Part shown: piece by piece, positions 9,980 through 19,634 of the stretch
Position numbering within the stretch: the stretch's first letter is position 1
Layout: each line of letters opens with the position of its first letter
Assembly (NCBI GenBank): GCA_964291405.2
Contig: OZ219926.1
Span: 3,072,001 to 3,136,000, forward strand
Length of the DNA: 64,000 bases
Source: Thermodesulfobacteriota bacterium
GTDB taxonomy: Bacteria > Desulfobacterota > Binatia > Bin18
Direction: 5' to 3'
Notes under the pieces: generated by a model
Told to the model about the DNA's origin: nothing
Seen by the model: the letters and a program-made list of their open reading frames with translations, nothing else
Databases searched by the model: none
Program-made: the position numbers and the translations under genes

Positions 9980-10549
9980 ATGAAAATCGGACTCATCGCC
10001 GACTCGCATATCCCTGAGGCCATGCCCGAACTCCCGAGCCAGGTACGGACGGTGTTCGCCGGGGTTGACCTGATTGTCCACGCCGGCGACCTGCACTGCC
10101 TTGCCGTGCTGGACTGGCTCGAAGCGATCGCGCCGGTGGTGGCGTGTCGGGGCAATGGCGACGAAGGCTCGGGCGGACGCGCGGTCGTCCCGGAAGACCC
10201 TCGACTGCACGAGACCGTTGTGACGCAGTGCGCCGGCTACACGTTGGGGCTGGTGCACGATGTGTTGGATCCGAACGAATATCCGCACTGGCCGATTGAG
10301 CGGACGATGGAGCGGGCCTTTGGTCGGCGGACCGATATTATTGTCTGCGGCCATACCCATGTCGAGCGCATCCAACGCTACGCCGATGTCCTGGTCATTA
10401 ATCCCGGCAGTCCGACCTATCCGCACAATTACGCGGCCCAGCCGGGCACGGTTGGCATGCTGACCCTAGAAGAGGGCGGTGGCGGCACGGTTGAGATTTA
10501 CGACCTGAAGACGCTTGCCGTGCTGCCGGAGTTTTCGACGACGTTCTGA
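9980..10549 (+). CDS. Metallophosphoesterase (YfcE family)
   Basis: IADSH, HAGD, GNGD, GHTH and NPGS motifs. Start moved to the ATG at 9980. Confidence 0.88.
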   Translation: MKIGLIADSHIPEAMPELPSQVRTVFAGVDLIVHAGDLHCLAVLDWLEAIAPVVACRGNGDEGSGGRAVVPEDPRLHETVVTQCAGYTLGLVHDVLDPNEYPHWPIERTMERAFGRRTDIIVCGHTHVERIQRYADVLVINPGSPTYPHNYAAQPGTVGMLTLEEGGGGTVEIYDLKTLAVLPEFSTTF

Positions 10550-10579
10550 CTCGAGCGACGTGTCCCAGGTAGCGCGACT

Positions 10580-11623
10580 TTACCCGCCCAGACTAATCAT
10601 CTCGATTTTTTTATGCTCTTTGGGGTCGTAGCCGGCTCCCGAACGCAGGGCGGCCAAGCGTTCTTCCGAGTAGCGGTCCGTCCGTTGGAGCCAGACCTGT
10701 TGCAGCACGTCGAGCAGCCTGTCATCACTGGCCCCACCACGCAGCAGAACCTTGAGATTGTGGCCGGTGTTGGCAAAGAGACAGGTCACCAGTCTGCCGT
10801 CCGCGGTCAGCCGCGCGCGCGTACAAGACGCACAGAACGGCTCGGTGACCGAGGCGATCACCCCGATATCACCGCTGCCGTCTACACACTGATAGTCCAC
10901 CGACGGTGCGCTGCCGCCTTTTCGGCCTACTTCCCGCAGGGGAAAACGCGTGTTGATGATGTCCAGGATTTCCTGCTTGGGCACGATGGTGTCCGACTGC
11001 CAGTGATTGGCATTGCCCACATCCATGAACTCGATGAAACGGATGGCAAAGCCGTGCTCAAGCGAGAACGTCACCAGATCGATAATCTCATCATCATTCA
11101 CGCCGCGTTCGATGACCGCGTTGAGCTTAATCGGCGAGAACCCGTGCTCCTTGGCCACAAACAGGCCGTGCAGAACTTTCTGCAAGTCGCCGCGCTTGGT
11201 AATGCGCCGAAAGCGCTCGGGTTTGAGGCTGTCGAGGCTGACGTTCAGCCGGCGTAAGCCAGCCGCTTTCAGGGCCTGGGCTTTTTCCGCCAGGGTTGAG
11301 CCGTTCGTGGTGAGACACAGATCACGTAGGCCGTCGAGGTCGGACAGGCTTTTGACGAGTTGCTCAAGGTCTCGCCGGGCCAAGGGTTCGCCCCCGGTTA
11401 AACGAATTTTTTCAACCCCAAGCTGAATAAACAGGCGGGCCAAGCGCGTGATTTCCTCAAACGTCAGCACCTCGCTCTTGTCCAGCCAGTCGTAGTCGTC
11501 CAGTGGCATGCAATAGGTGCAGCGAAAATTACACCGGTCGGTGACGGAAATACGCAGGTCCTTGACCGGGCGTTGCAGGGTATCGAGCACGAGTCGGTTT
11601 CTCCCTTCTTTCCAGTCTGTCAT
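10580..11623 (-). CDS. moaA: GTP 3',8-cyclase (molybdenum cofactor biosynthesis)
   Basis: CNFRCTYC radical SAM motif, C-terminal CASC..R..C cluster and terminal GG. Confidence 0.96.
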   Translation of the reverse strand: MTDWKEGRNRLVLDTLQRPVKDLRISVTDRCNFRCTYCMPLDDYDWLDKSEVLTFEEITRLARLFIQLGVEKIRLTGGEPLARRDLEQLVKSLSDLDGLRDLCLTTNGSTLAEKAQALKAAGLRRLNVSLDSLKPERFRRITKRGDLQKVLHGLFVAKEHGFSPIKLNAVIERGVNDDEIIDLVTFSLEHGFAIRFIEFMDVGNANHWQSDTIVPKQEILDIINTRFPLREVGRKGGSAPSVDYQCVDGSGDIGVIASVTEPFCASCTRARLTADGRLVTCLFANTGHNLKVLLRGGASDDRLLDVLQQVWLQRTDRYSEERLAALRSGAGYDPKEHKKIEMISLGG

Positions 11624-11717
11624 GTATTATATCTATCTCGCCTGTTGAGCAAAGACGTCGGTTCGCTCATCGCTGTTTATATTGACATATTCGTGTCTCC
11701 TCAATATGCCTTGACCT

Positions 11718-11960
11718 ATGCGAAAAAAAGACCGGGTCCGCCTCACGACCGTCAAGGGGAAAGGGCTGCTGCCGGGCGTTGACCTTGATGCTGCTGCCTC
11801 GCGGGCCGACTTGCTGGAGCAGGAAGATGCTTCAGAGCTATCGCTCAAACGGCGCTCTCTTGCCGAGAAGGTCCGGCTCCATAGAGAAGGGTATAAGCAG
11901 CATCCAATAAGCCAAGACGAATTTACGCCCGTATCTGGAGCCCGGACATGGCCGAGGTAA
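11718..11960 (+). CDS. Small antitoxin-like ORF, possibly a chimeric remnant
   Basis: Two segments each resemble an antitoxin C-terminal tail; TTGACA at 11682 lies upstream. Confidence 0.45.
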   Translation: MRKKDRVRLTTVKGKGLLPGVDLDAAASRADLLEQEDASELSLKRRSLAEKVRLHREGYKQHPISQDEFTPVSGARTWPR

Positions 11961-12000
11961 ATCGTGCGGAGATTTGACCGTTCTCGAGGAGGAGGAATGC

Positions 12001-12762
12001 ATGCGTATCAAAGATAAGGTCGCGCTGGTGACCGGCGGCAGTCGAGGCATAGGCCGGGCGATTTGTTTGCGTCTGGCCGAGGAGGGAGCCAAAGTCGCCA
12101 TTGCCGATATTCTGGAAGACGAAGCCCGGAAAACAGCCGACGATATTCTGGCCGCCGACGGGCAGGCTCAGGTGGTCAGGACCGATGTGACTCAGCTCGA
12201 TCAGGTCCAGGCCTGCGTGAGACAGGTGACGGATAGCTGGGGACCGATTGACGTGCTGGTGAACAATGCCGGTTGGGACAAGATCGAGCCTTTTCTCCAG
12301 AGTGCGCCCGAGACCTGGGATAAGGTGATCGCGATCAATCTGCGCGGTCCCATTAATTTTTGCCATACGGTGGCGGCGCAGATGGCCGAGCGCGGCCAGG
12401 GCAAGATTATTTCGATCAGCTCGGACGCCGGCCGGGTCGGTTCGACCGGAGAGGCGGTCTATTCGGCCTGTAAAGCCGGGATTATCGGCTTTTCCAAGAC
12501 GCTGGCGCGTGAACTGGCACGTGCGAAGATCAACGTCAACGTGATCTGTCCCGGTCCCACGGATACGGCGCTGCTCCAGCAGGTTTCATCAGGAGAAAAA
12601 GGGGCCAAGATTATCAGCGCCATGACCCGCGCGGTCCCGTTTCGACGGTTGGGGCAGCCCGAAGAAATTGCAAACGCCGTTGCGTTTTTTGCCTCGCCGG
12701 ATGCGGATTTCGTGACCGGCCAGGTCCTGTCCGTCAGCGGTGGGCTGACTATGGCAGGCTAA
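12001..12762 (+). CDS. SDR oxidoreductase, BadH (2-hydroxycyclohexanecarboxyl-CoA dehydrogenase)-like
   Basis: TGGSRGIG, NNAGWD, SSDAGRVGSTGEAVYSACK and SVSGGLTM motifs; GGAGGAGG RBS before the ATG at 12001. Confidence 0.85.
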   Translation: MRIKDKVALVTGGSRGIGRAICLRLAEEGAKVAIADILEDEARKTADDILAADGQAQVVRTDVTQLDQVQACVRQVTDSWGPIDVLVNNAGWDKIEPFLQSAPETWDKVIAINLRGPINFCHTVAAQMAERGQGKIISISSDAGRVGSTGEAVYSACKAGIIGFSKTLARELARAKINVNVICPGPTDTALLQQVSSGEKGAKIISAMTRAVPFRRLGQPEEIANAVAFFASPDADFVTGQVLSVSGGLTMAG

Positions 12763-12781
12763 GGCCGAAAGGAATACGTGC

Positions 12782-13570
12782 GTGCGTTTCGCAGACAAAG
12801 TGGCTCTTATCACCGGCTCTTCGCGGGGCATCGGCCGAGCGATTGCCCTGCGGCTGGCGTCCGAGGGAGCAAGGATCGGCGTGAATTACCGCCGGAATAC
12901 CGCCGAGGCGGAAGCGGTTGCCGCTGAAATCGCACAGCGGGGCTCCGAGGCGCTGCTGTTCCAGGCCGATATGAGTGACAGCGAGGCGGTTCGGGCGATG
13001 TTCCGGCAGGTGAAGGCGGCATTCGGTCATCTGGATATCTTTATCGCCAATGCCGCGGCCACCGCCTTTCGGCCATTGCTGCGCCAGGGTGAGCACAACG
13101 TGACTCGGACCTTTGATCTGACCATCACTGGCACCTTGGTTGCCGTGCAGGAAGCGGTGCCCCTGATGGCCGGTCGCCGGGGAAAAATCGTCACCATATC
13201 CGGCATTGACTCTTTGCGTATGCTGACCGGCCACGGCTTGCTGGGTGCGGCCAAGGCTGCCCTGGAAAACATGACGATGTATCTGGCGCACGAACTCGGC
13301 CCGCGCGGGATTGCCGTCAACGGCATTAACCCCGGCCTGATTCAGACCGACTCGGCTCAAATGTACGCGGGCGGGGAGGCTGCCTACGCGCAGTACGAAC
13401 GCGATGTTATTCCCCAAACTCCGGCCGGTCGGACAGGCCGGCCGGAAGATATTGCCGCAGTGGCCGCCTTTCTCTGCTCTGAGGATGCAGATTTCATTCG
13501 TGGCCAGACCCTGCTCGTGGATGGCGGGCTGCTGTCATCGTCTATTGCGAGCCGGGAGCGCGAAGGCTGA
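12782..13570 (+). CDS. SDR oxidoreductase, FabL-like enoyl-ACP reductase
   Basis: TGSSRGIG, ANAAATAFRP, AAKAALE and VDGG motifs. Confidence 0.8.
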   Translation: MRFADKVALITGSSRGIGRAIALRLASEGARIGVNYRRNTAEAEAVAAEIAQRGSEALLFQADMSDSEAVRAMFRQVKAAFGHLDIFIANAAATAFRPLLRQGEHNVTRTFDLTITGTLVAVQEAVPLMAGRRGKIVTISGIDSLRMLTGHGLLGAAKAALENMTMYLAHELGPRGIAVNGINPGLIQTDSAQMYAGGEAAYAQYERDVIPQTPAGRTGRPEDIAAVAAFLCSEDADFIRGQTLLVDGGLLSSSIASREREG

Positions 13571-13609
13571 GTGGGAGGGCAAAATGAGTAGCATCAAACA
13601 CGGCGGGGC

Positions 13610-13930
13610 TTACTCACCGTCAGATGAATCCGGGCTGTCCGCACTAATCAAGATCAGCTTGCCGGTTTCTGGATCTCGGTAGACTTGTCCTACAGGCTTC
13701 AGTCCACTACCACCCTCACGTATGCCTTCCGGAACATTCGGGAGTTCCCGGCCTTCTTCAATGATTTTGTCTCTGGAAAGTTCTCTGACAAGTTCGGGGC
13801 TTAAAGCAAAGAGGGCGGCAATGAGCCCGCAAGTAAAAACGAGCATGATATCTATCAGGTTCGCAAGCGGTCCAAGCGGTTCATCAGCTTGCCCGGTAAA
13901 ACGACTGGGCCGCCAGTTACGCTGACTCAT
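13610..13930 (-). CDS. DUF2149 domain protein (HmuV-like)
   Basis: PLANLIDIMLVFTCGL and GQVYRDPETGKLI motifs; 4-bp overlap with the MotA-like gene. Confidence 0.88.
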   Translation of the reverse strand: MSQRNWRPSRFTGQADEPLGPLANLIDIMLVFTCGLIAALFALSPELVRELSRDKIIEEGRELPNVPEGIREGGSGLKPVGQVYRDPETGKLILISADSPDSSDGE

Positions 13931-14391
13931 CTGCTGTTCCCTTCCAGGCTCTTTGTTTCCAAGGCTTCAAGCTTGTCCATTACCGTGTCGTACCAACGAC
14001 GGCGAAAACGTCCGAGTACAAAGCCAATCGCCCCGGCGAGCAGACCAAGGACGGTCGTGTCAAAGGCAATGGTTATCGCCTCGGTCAGAATAGTGAGATT
14101 GCCTTGTCCTAAAGCGGCTAATCCCGGCCCCAGTGGAATAAGCGTTCCCATCAGGCCGAACATGGGGGCAATCCGCGCAATCACATCGGCCCGTTCAATA
14201 CGCTTGCGCCCCTGTGACTCAACTTGATTTTTTTCGAGCAGGGTTACATGTTTGAGCGCTCCGTATCGCTCACCAAGAGCCGTGCCGATTTCAAAGACCG
14301 CCATCGCTACCAGCAAGATTAACCCGATCGCTACTGGATAGAGTAACAGCGCGACAAGATCATGCATCAGGGGCAGAATGATATTTCCCAC
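13927..14391 (-). CDS. MotA/TolQ/ExbB proton channel family protein
   Basis: APMFGLMGTLIPLGPGL and AFDTTVLGL motifs. Confidence 0.9.
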   Translation of the reverse strand: MGNIILPLMHDLVALLLYPVAIGLILLVAMAVFEIGTALGERYGALKHVTLLEKNQVESQGRKRIERADVIARIAPMFGLMGTLIPLGPGLAALGQGNLTILTEAITIAFDTTVLGLLAGAIGFVLGRFRRRWYDTVMDKLEALETKSLEGNSR

Positions 14392-14394
14392 GGT

Positions 14395-17300
14395 TTACGC
14401 TTCTTTCCTCACCCGACGGCCCCTCCATATCCCTGTCACTATCAATAAGAAGATAAGCAGGATAAGCCAATAGGCCGTCTGTGAATGGACTTCTTGAGCA
14501 GCAGGCTGTGCCGTGTCCTTTTCTGGACTATCGACTTGCCCGCTGTCCTCAAGATTTATTTCTGTAATGCGGGTTGGCGCTCGTTCCGTGTTTACGTCAC
14601 CCTCTGCAATGCGGGTGTCATCAAGCAATTGTTGCAAGGCTTTTGCCATATCGGCCGCCAGTCTTGGCATGACCCAGGGAAAAACGGGATGATCCGGTGT
14701 CGTATGGCCGCTGCCTGGTAGCCCATGCGTCAATACTTTATTCACAAAGGCTCTGGCTAGGTCTTCAAGCCGTTCGTCGTTCGCCTGCCAAAAACCTTTT
14801 TGCGCAGCGACCAGCATAATGGCCTCGATATTGATTTTTACATGGATGTTTTCATGCTCCTCAAGAAAACGGTCAAGATCGATATCATAGCGGTCCTGCA
14901 AATACACCGCGTCCACCTCATCCCACACGCGGCTGGTGATAATATCCGGGTTTGTGACCTGCCATCCCCATAGATACTCGATAAACTCGGACCCCATTGT
15001 CCGCGCGCCCGCATAGCCGTGTTCCATCAGCGGTTTCAACCACTCGGGGTTCAAGAACCGGCCACGCAGCTCACCCAGAAGCGCGCTGGTGAGCGGTTGC
15101 AGGCTCGCATTTTCAGGGTCCGCATGATGAATGACCTTATTCTCAGGCGTTTTGCCCGTCAGCGTTTCAACGGCCAGGCTGAGGCCGCCCAGATAATCAA
15201 ACGCGTCGTTATTATCCAGCAAGCCGTACAGATTGCTGGCCCGGCCCAGATAGGTATTCTTGACGGAAGAGAGATGGCGCCTGAACACGGTATGCGCCGG
15301 AATCCCGTGCCGGGTGGCGCTATAAGCGTGTCCCATACGAGCAATATAGACCGCACCAAGCTCCTCACGTTCTTCCCACGCCCCGGAGCGTTCTGCCAGC
15401 CGGTTCACCCCTGCGCCGTATGTACCGGGCGCGGCCCCAAACAAGCGCAGTGCAGCCCTCTCCCCCGCCCGTTCGAGCGCTGTTCCCGCAGCTATTTCTT
15501 TTTGGGTATCCGCAATCCAGTGCGCGGCAACGTCATTGACCTCAATCGGTTCCGCGCTACCTGTTGCCAGTGCTCCGAGCGGCGCCAGCGCCTGATCCAG
15601 TGCGGGAATCAGATCAGGATGGATCGAACGAATATGGCGACTCGAACCATCCAGGGCAAGCAACACCGCCTTATCAAGCAAGACCAGTTGTTGGCCGTAT
15701 AAATCGCGGAACAAGCCCGAGGAGATAAAAACGGTGTCCAGGCGACGGCGCCTCTTGTGTGTCAGGGGCAGGCGTTCAATTCCGGTGACAATACCCCGGG
15801 TATTCCACACCGGCTTGATGCCCAGTAAGTCCAGCCCGAAGGCAATCATGGCCCCTTCGTCCCGTACAGTATCAGAAGCCCATAAGATCACCGCTTCCCG
15901 CCCATCTTCTGTGGTGTCGTTATCCTCGACGGCTTTGACAGCCAACTCCTGTCCCATGGCATAGCCCAGCTGTGTTGGTAAAACGGAGCTATCGAGCGCA
16001 TAGAAATTCCGCCCAGTCGGCAGGGCCTCAGGCGTGCGGATCGGATCGTTGCCTTTGCCTGGCTCCACAAACGCCCCATTCAGGGCATTGAGAAAAGCAG
16101 TGCGCTCCGCTTTCGGGGAGTTTTGCAGCGGGAAACGAAAGGCCGTACTCTTGGCGTCATCACCATCACTAATGGAAGCCAGCATGAGTTGAACCGCCTC
16201 AGCGTCCCACTCCCTGCCGAAAATATGTAAACCGCGCGGCATGAAATCTTCCTGCAACTGGGTCAGATAATGCCCCACCTCATGGACAAGAAACTCACCG
16301 TCCGCTTCCTCAAAGCTGATACCCCGCGCTTGCAATTCTTCTTCCATCGAAGCGCTCAGTTCATCCTTCAGATTCAGCGTAGTGATCAAATCCCGCATAG
16401 CGGTTAAGGCACGGGTTTTTGCCGGGGCCGCACTATCCGGCCCGGAGGCTTCATAGGATTCGACGAGTTGCCTGAGACGCAAGAGGTCGTCATAGAGGGG
16501 AGTGACCCCAAGGGGCGGGGTGAGATGGTCAACCATGATTGCAAGGCCGCGGCGTTTGGCCTGTATGCCTTCGCCGACGCCATCAACAATATATGGATAG
16601 ATTCCGGGGATCGTCGCAGCAATTTGCAGTGGGTAATCGCTGGCACTGACCCCAACACCGTGCCGCGGTAAGAACTCATAGGTTGAGTGGCGTCCGACAT
16701 GCACGAGGGCATCGGCTTGAAACTCTTTCTGGAGCCACAGATAAAATGCCAGATACTGGTGAGGTGGTGGGAAGCTCATATTTGCGTGGAGCAATTCCTC
16801 GTTGAGTTCCCAACCGCGCGGAGGTTGCGGGCCGATGAAAATATTCCCGAACCGAAGACCTGGAAGCAGGATATTTCCGGCATGCACCATAATCCTGCCG
16901 GGTGCCGGGCCCCAGCCGCGCAAGCCTTCTATCCCCGTTTTTGTCAAGGCATGTGTCAGAGCGTCTATTTCCGGAAAATCAGGCTCGCCACCTATAGCCC
17001 GTTCATATTCTGCCTGTAATTGATGCAGGAGCTTCAGCGCACGATCTTTTGCCGGGTGCCGGACCCCTTCAAGAACATGCTCAATATCGCCGGTCACGCG
17101 CTTCGCCAGTTTTTTCGCAGTGACGACTTCCCCTTCAGCCAGCATGCGTTTCAACTGGGCATTCAGATACCCCAGCGGACCCTCAACCATTTCAGATTGT
17201 AGACTGGCGGGCAGAGCGCCTAGCCAATTCTCATATTTCGCTTTGGATATATTGGTCACCTTTGCAGCCATAGCGGCAATGGCCTGGCGGTCTTCCGGCA

Positions 17301-18723
17301 GGTTCGTGGCCTTTTCCTGGATAAGCCTGAGCAACGCTTCCGGGCTTTCGGGCAACTCACCGGTGCGATAGCCTGCACTTTTCATCCAGGTGAGCATCTC
17401 ATGCAGTGAGGCTGGGACATCCAGATTATCCGCCCCGATATTATGTCGTCCCGGCGGATGGTTGTAATAGATAATGGCGAGCTTCTTTTCGGCATTCTGT
17501 TTTTGCCGAAGCCGCCGCCAGGCATCTATCCGACCGATCGTCAGACTGATCTGATCATCAATAGGCAGTGTTTGTGTCAGCCGGACTCCGGTCACAGGGT
17601 CCGTATCTTCAGGAGAGGCTGCGGCTACGACAAGGGGCTGTCCAATACCTTGCAACTCAGGCATGGCAATACGATAGTGTACCGAATCCCAGGGCAGGCC
17701 GTCGTCCGAGTAGCGCCATTCCGCTTCCGTACGGTCAGTGACACGAATGGCTTTCAGAACGGGCACCCCGATTTCTACGATATGTCTGAGTGATGCCTGG
17801 CGGCCTTCACCGCCGCCAATGACAAAATCTTGCAAAGAGATGACTCCCGCGACAGGAAACTGCCGGTTCAAATCTGCTATTTTTTTAAGCGCGGCCGTGC
17901 TCGCTTCTCCCCAACGGGCAAAAAATGCGAGGCATTGCATGCCTTTTGTTTCGGCCTCGGTACACAGGTGGTTGACGGTATCAATGTCACCCGCTCGGTC
18001 ACCAGTGTCATGATCGACGATAGCGATCCAGCCGTTGGCGGATTGCGCTAGAATGGCGGCTTCGTCTGTAATAAACCTGCCACCCGAATAGACTCGAAGG
18101 CTGGGCCGCTCTACAAGAGCGACCGGCGTAATGGTCGCGTCTATTTCAGCCGCTAAATGTTCGAGAAAACCCAACATGTTTTCCCGTCCCCGGCCCTGCC
18201 AGTAGGCTTTCAGGGCTAACCACTTTTGTTGACCGGGATGCTGTTTTTGCCTGCGTTCAAGCCAGGTTTGCAAAGTCTCATTCTTGGCGAGGCTTTTGGT
18301 CAAAGCCAGAATTTGTTGGCCGCTCATACCTGCAAAAACTGGGATCTTTTGGTTTCGGGAAAGTTCCACAAGACGCTGAGTCGAGCTGACAGCATAAAAA
18401 ATCTTTGACGCGGCATGCGTCTCCAAGAGCTTCGTGAAACGGGCGACCTGGTCACCAAAAAATGCCGACGCTGAAATGACACTTGCCTGTTCAAGCTCCT
18501 GCACAATCGCCCTATCACTCATCTGGCGAAGCTGTGACGGTGTCCTGAGAACAATTCTGTAGCCCGGATGCTTATCAAGAAATGCGGCTGCACCAGATGC
18601 CAGAGTAGAGGCTGAGCGATCAGAGACAATGCCAAAGACGTATTTATCTGGAGTGAAAGCCGAAGTCGCAGCACCCTCCAATAACAGCACCGCTATAAAA
18701 AGGTATCTGAGGAAACAGCTCAC
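14395..18723 (-). CDS. Exported, membrane-anchored CobN/Mg-chelatase-H family protein (HmuS/BtuS-like)
   Basis: YYNHPPG, GPQPPRG, PPPHQYLAFY, AKRRG, LPTGRN, NPEW and HGYAGA motifs. Probable GTG start at 18723 gives a signal-peptide-like N-terminus; C-terminal TM helix followed by basic residues. Confidence 0.88.
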   Translation of the reverse strand: MSCFLRYLFIAVLLLEGAATSAFTPDKYVFGIVSDRSASTLASGAAAFLDKHPGYRIVLRTPSQLRQMSDRAIVQELEQASVISASAFFGDQVARFTKLLETHAASKIFYAVSSTQRLVELSRNQKIPVFAGMSGQQILALTKSLAKNETLQTWLERRQKQHPGQQKWLALKAYWQGRGRENMLGFLEHLAAEIDATITPVALVERPSLRVYSGGRFITDEAAILAQSANGWIAIVDHDTGDRAGDIDTVNHLCTEAETKGMQCLAFFARWGEASTAALKKIADLNRQFPVAGVISLQDFVIGGGEGRQASLRHIVEIGVPVLKAIRVTDRTEAEWRYSDDGLPWDSVHYRIAMPELQGIGQPLVVAAASPEDTDPVTGVRLTQTLPIDDQISLTIGRIDAWRRLRQKQNAEKKLAIIYYNHPPGRHNIGADNLDVPASLHEMLTWMKSAGYRTGELPESPEALLRLIQEKATNLPEDRQAIAAMAAKVTNISKAKYENWLGALPASLQSEMVEGPLGYLNAQLKRMLAEGEVVTAKKLAKRVTGDIEHVLEGVRHPAKDRALKLLHQLQAEYERAIGGEPDFPEIDALTHALTKTGIEGLRGWGPAPGRIMVHAGNILLPGLRFGNIFIGPQPPRGWELNEELLHANMSFPPPHQYLAFYLWLQKEFQADALVHVGRHSTYEFLPRHGVGVSASDYPLQIAATIPGIYPYIVDGVGEGIQAKRRGLAIMVDHLTPPLGVTPLYDDLLRLRQLVESYEASGPDSAAPAKTRALTAMRDLITTLNLKDELSASMEEELQARGISFEEADGEFLVHEVGHYLTQLQEDFMPRGLHIFGREWDAEAVQLMLASISDGDDAKSTAFRFPLQNSPKAERTAFLNALNGAFVEPGKGNDPIRTPEALPTGRNFYALDSSVLPTQLGYAMGQELAVKAVEDNDTTEDGREAVILWASDTVRDEGAMIAFGLDLLGIKPVWNTRGIVTGIERLPLTHKRRRRLDTVFISSGLFRDLYGQQLVLLDKAVLLALDGSSRHIRSIHPDLIPALDQALAPLGALATGSAEPIEVNDVAAHWIADTQKEIAAGTALERAGERAALRLFGAAPGTYGAGVNRLAERSGAWEEREELGAVYIARMGHAYSATRHGIPAHTVFRRHLSSVKNTYLGRASNLYGLLDNNDAFDYLGGLSLAVETLTGKTPENKVIHHADPENASLQPLTSALLGELRGRFLNPEWLKPLMEHGYAGARTMGSEFIEYLWGWQVTNPDIITSRVWDEVDAVYLQDRYDIDLDRFLEEHENIHVKINIEAIMLVAAQKGFWQANDERLEDLARAFVNKVLTHGLPGSGHTTPDHPVFPWVMPRLAADMAKALQQLLDDTRIAEGDVNTERAPTRITEINLEDSGQVDSPEKDTAQPAAQEVHSQTAYWLILLIFLLIVTGIWRGRRVRKEA

Positions 18724-19017
18724 CGGGTTGACCTTAACACTTGAACAGAGGATTACGTGCAGAACAGTGCGAATGCATGGTAGCGCTAGGCGTTCTCCGT
18801 TCCGCCGATCCAATAGACACCCTCACAGCGTCCATCACGATTGGATAGATAGACAGAGAGCTGGCGGATTCGAACCGGAATGCCGGTGCCGTACTTACCA
18901 CTGTTGTGAGGGCCGCACAAGACAGGAATCGGTTTCCCAACTCGAACTTCTCCATTCGTTTCCTTTCACTCAGAAATGCGTACAGATAACCTGCAGGGGC
19001 GAACCTCTATGACTGAG

Positions 19018-19070
19018 CCTGTGACTTTGGTACGTTGCGAGCCACCCACACGTGCCAGACGTGTCACAGG
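19018..19070 (+). promoter_or_regulatory. Long imperfect hairpin overlapping the RBS
   Basis: Outer stem CCTGTGAC/GTCACAGG and inner stem TGGTACGT/ACGTGCCA; the 3' arm overlaps AGGAGG. Confidence 0.4.
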
Positions 19071-19083
19071 AGGAGGGAAGTGC

Positions 19084-19623
19084 ATGGCTGAACACATCAA
19101 GGTCAAAATCAAACCACTCACCGCCGAAGCCTTTGCGCCCTACGGTAAAGTCCTGGAACAGAAAAAGCTGATCTATCCCGAGGTCGAAGAGGGCAGGGTG
19201 GCCATGGAAATGCTGTCGTTCCAGTATCGGCCCAACGCCAGAATCATGGACCAGATGGCCATCCATTTTTCCTACAACCAGACCTTCATCCCTGTGCAGG
19301 GCTCTTTGATTCTGGTTGTTGCCCCACCCCCCGACAGCCGCGAGGGGGGTCCTGAGGAATATGCGTTTGATTATGACAACGTGGCGGCCTTTAATGTCGA
19401 TCCCGGTCAGGCGGCCTTTATCTATAAGGGCACCTGGCACAACGCGTTGACCCTGGGCAAAGAGTGCTCGTTTATCAACGTGACCCGTAAGAACGAGGGC
19501 GAGGGCATCAGTCCCGCCGGCGAGATGGAAGGCAAGATCGAGCAGGCCCACGCCGTGCGCTCGTATGTCGAATTCGTAGACATGAAGAATCGGGACGGGC
19601 GGGTAATTGAGCTCGAAGTCTGA
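19084..19623 (+). CDS. Ureidoglycolate lyase (AllA)-like cupin protein
   Basis: PLTAEAFAPYG, H..YNQTFIP and YKGTWH motifs. Start moved to the ATG at 19084 after the RBS. Confidence 0.75.
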   Translation: MAEHIKVKIKPLTAEAFAPYGKVLEQKKLIYPEVEEGRVAMEMLSFQYRPNARIMDQMAIHFSYNQTFIPVQGSLILVVAPPPDSREGGPEEYAFDYDNVAAFNVDPGQAAFIYKGTWHNALTLGKECSFINVTRKNEGEGISPAGEMEGKIEQAHAVRSYVEFVDMKNRDGRVIELEV

Positions 19624-19634
19624 GGAGGGAGCCC

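Noticed and set aside
14395-18723. Calling this gene cobN for de novo B12 synthesis
   Set aside because: The export signal, TM anchor, MotA/DUF2149 partners and absence of cob genes argue against it.
18850-18900. tRNA gene suggested by GGTTCGAATCC on the minus strand
   Set aside because: The T-stem pairs only 3 bp and no acceptor, D or anticodon arm is visible. Kept only as a possible junction hint.
18724-19083. Cobalamin riboswitch or Fur box upstream of the CobN-like gene
   Set aside because: I could not see a B12-box or a GATAAT-type Fur consensus; an Infernal search would be decisive.
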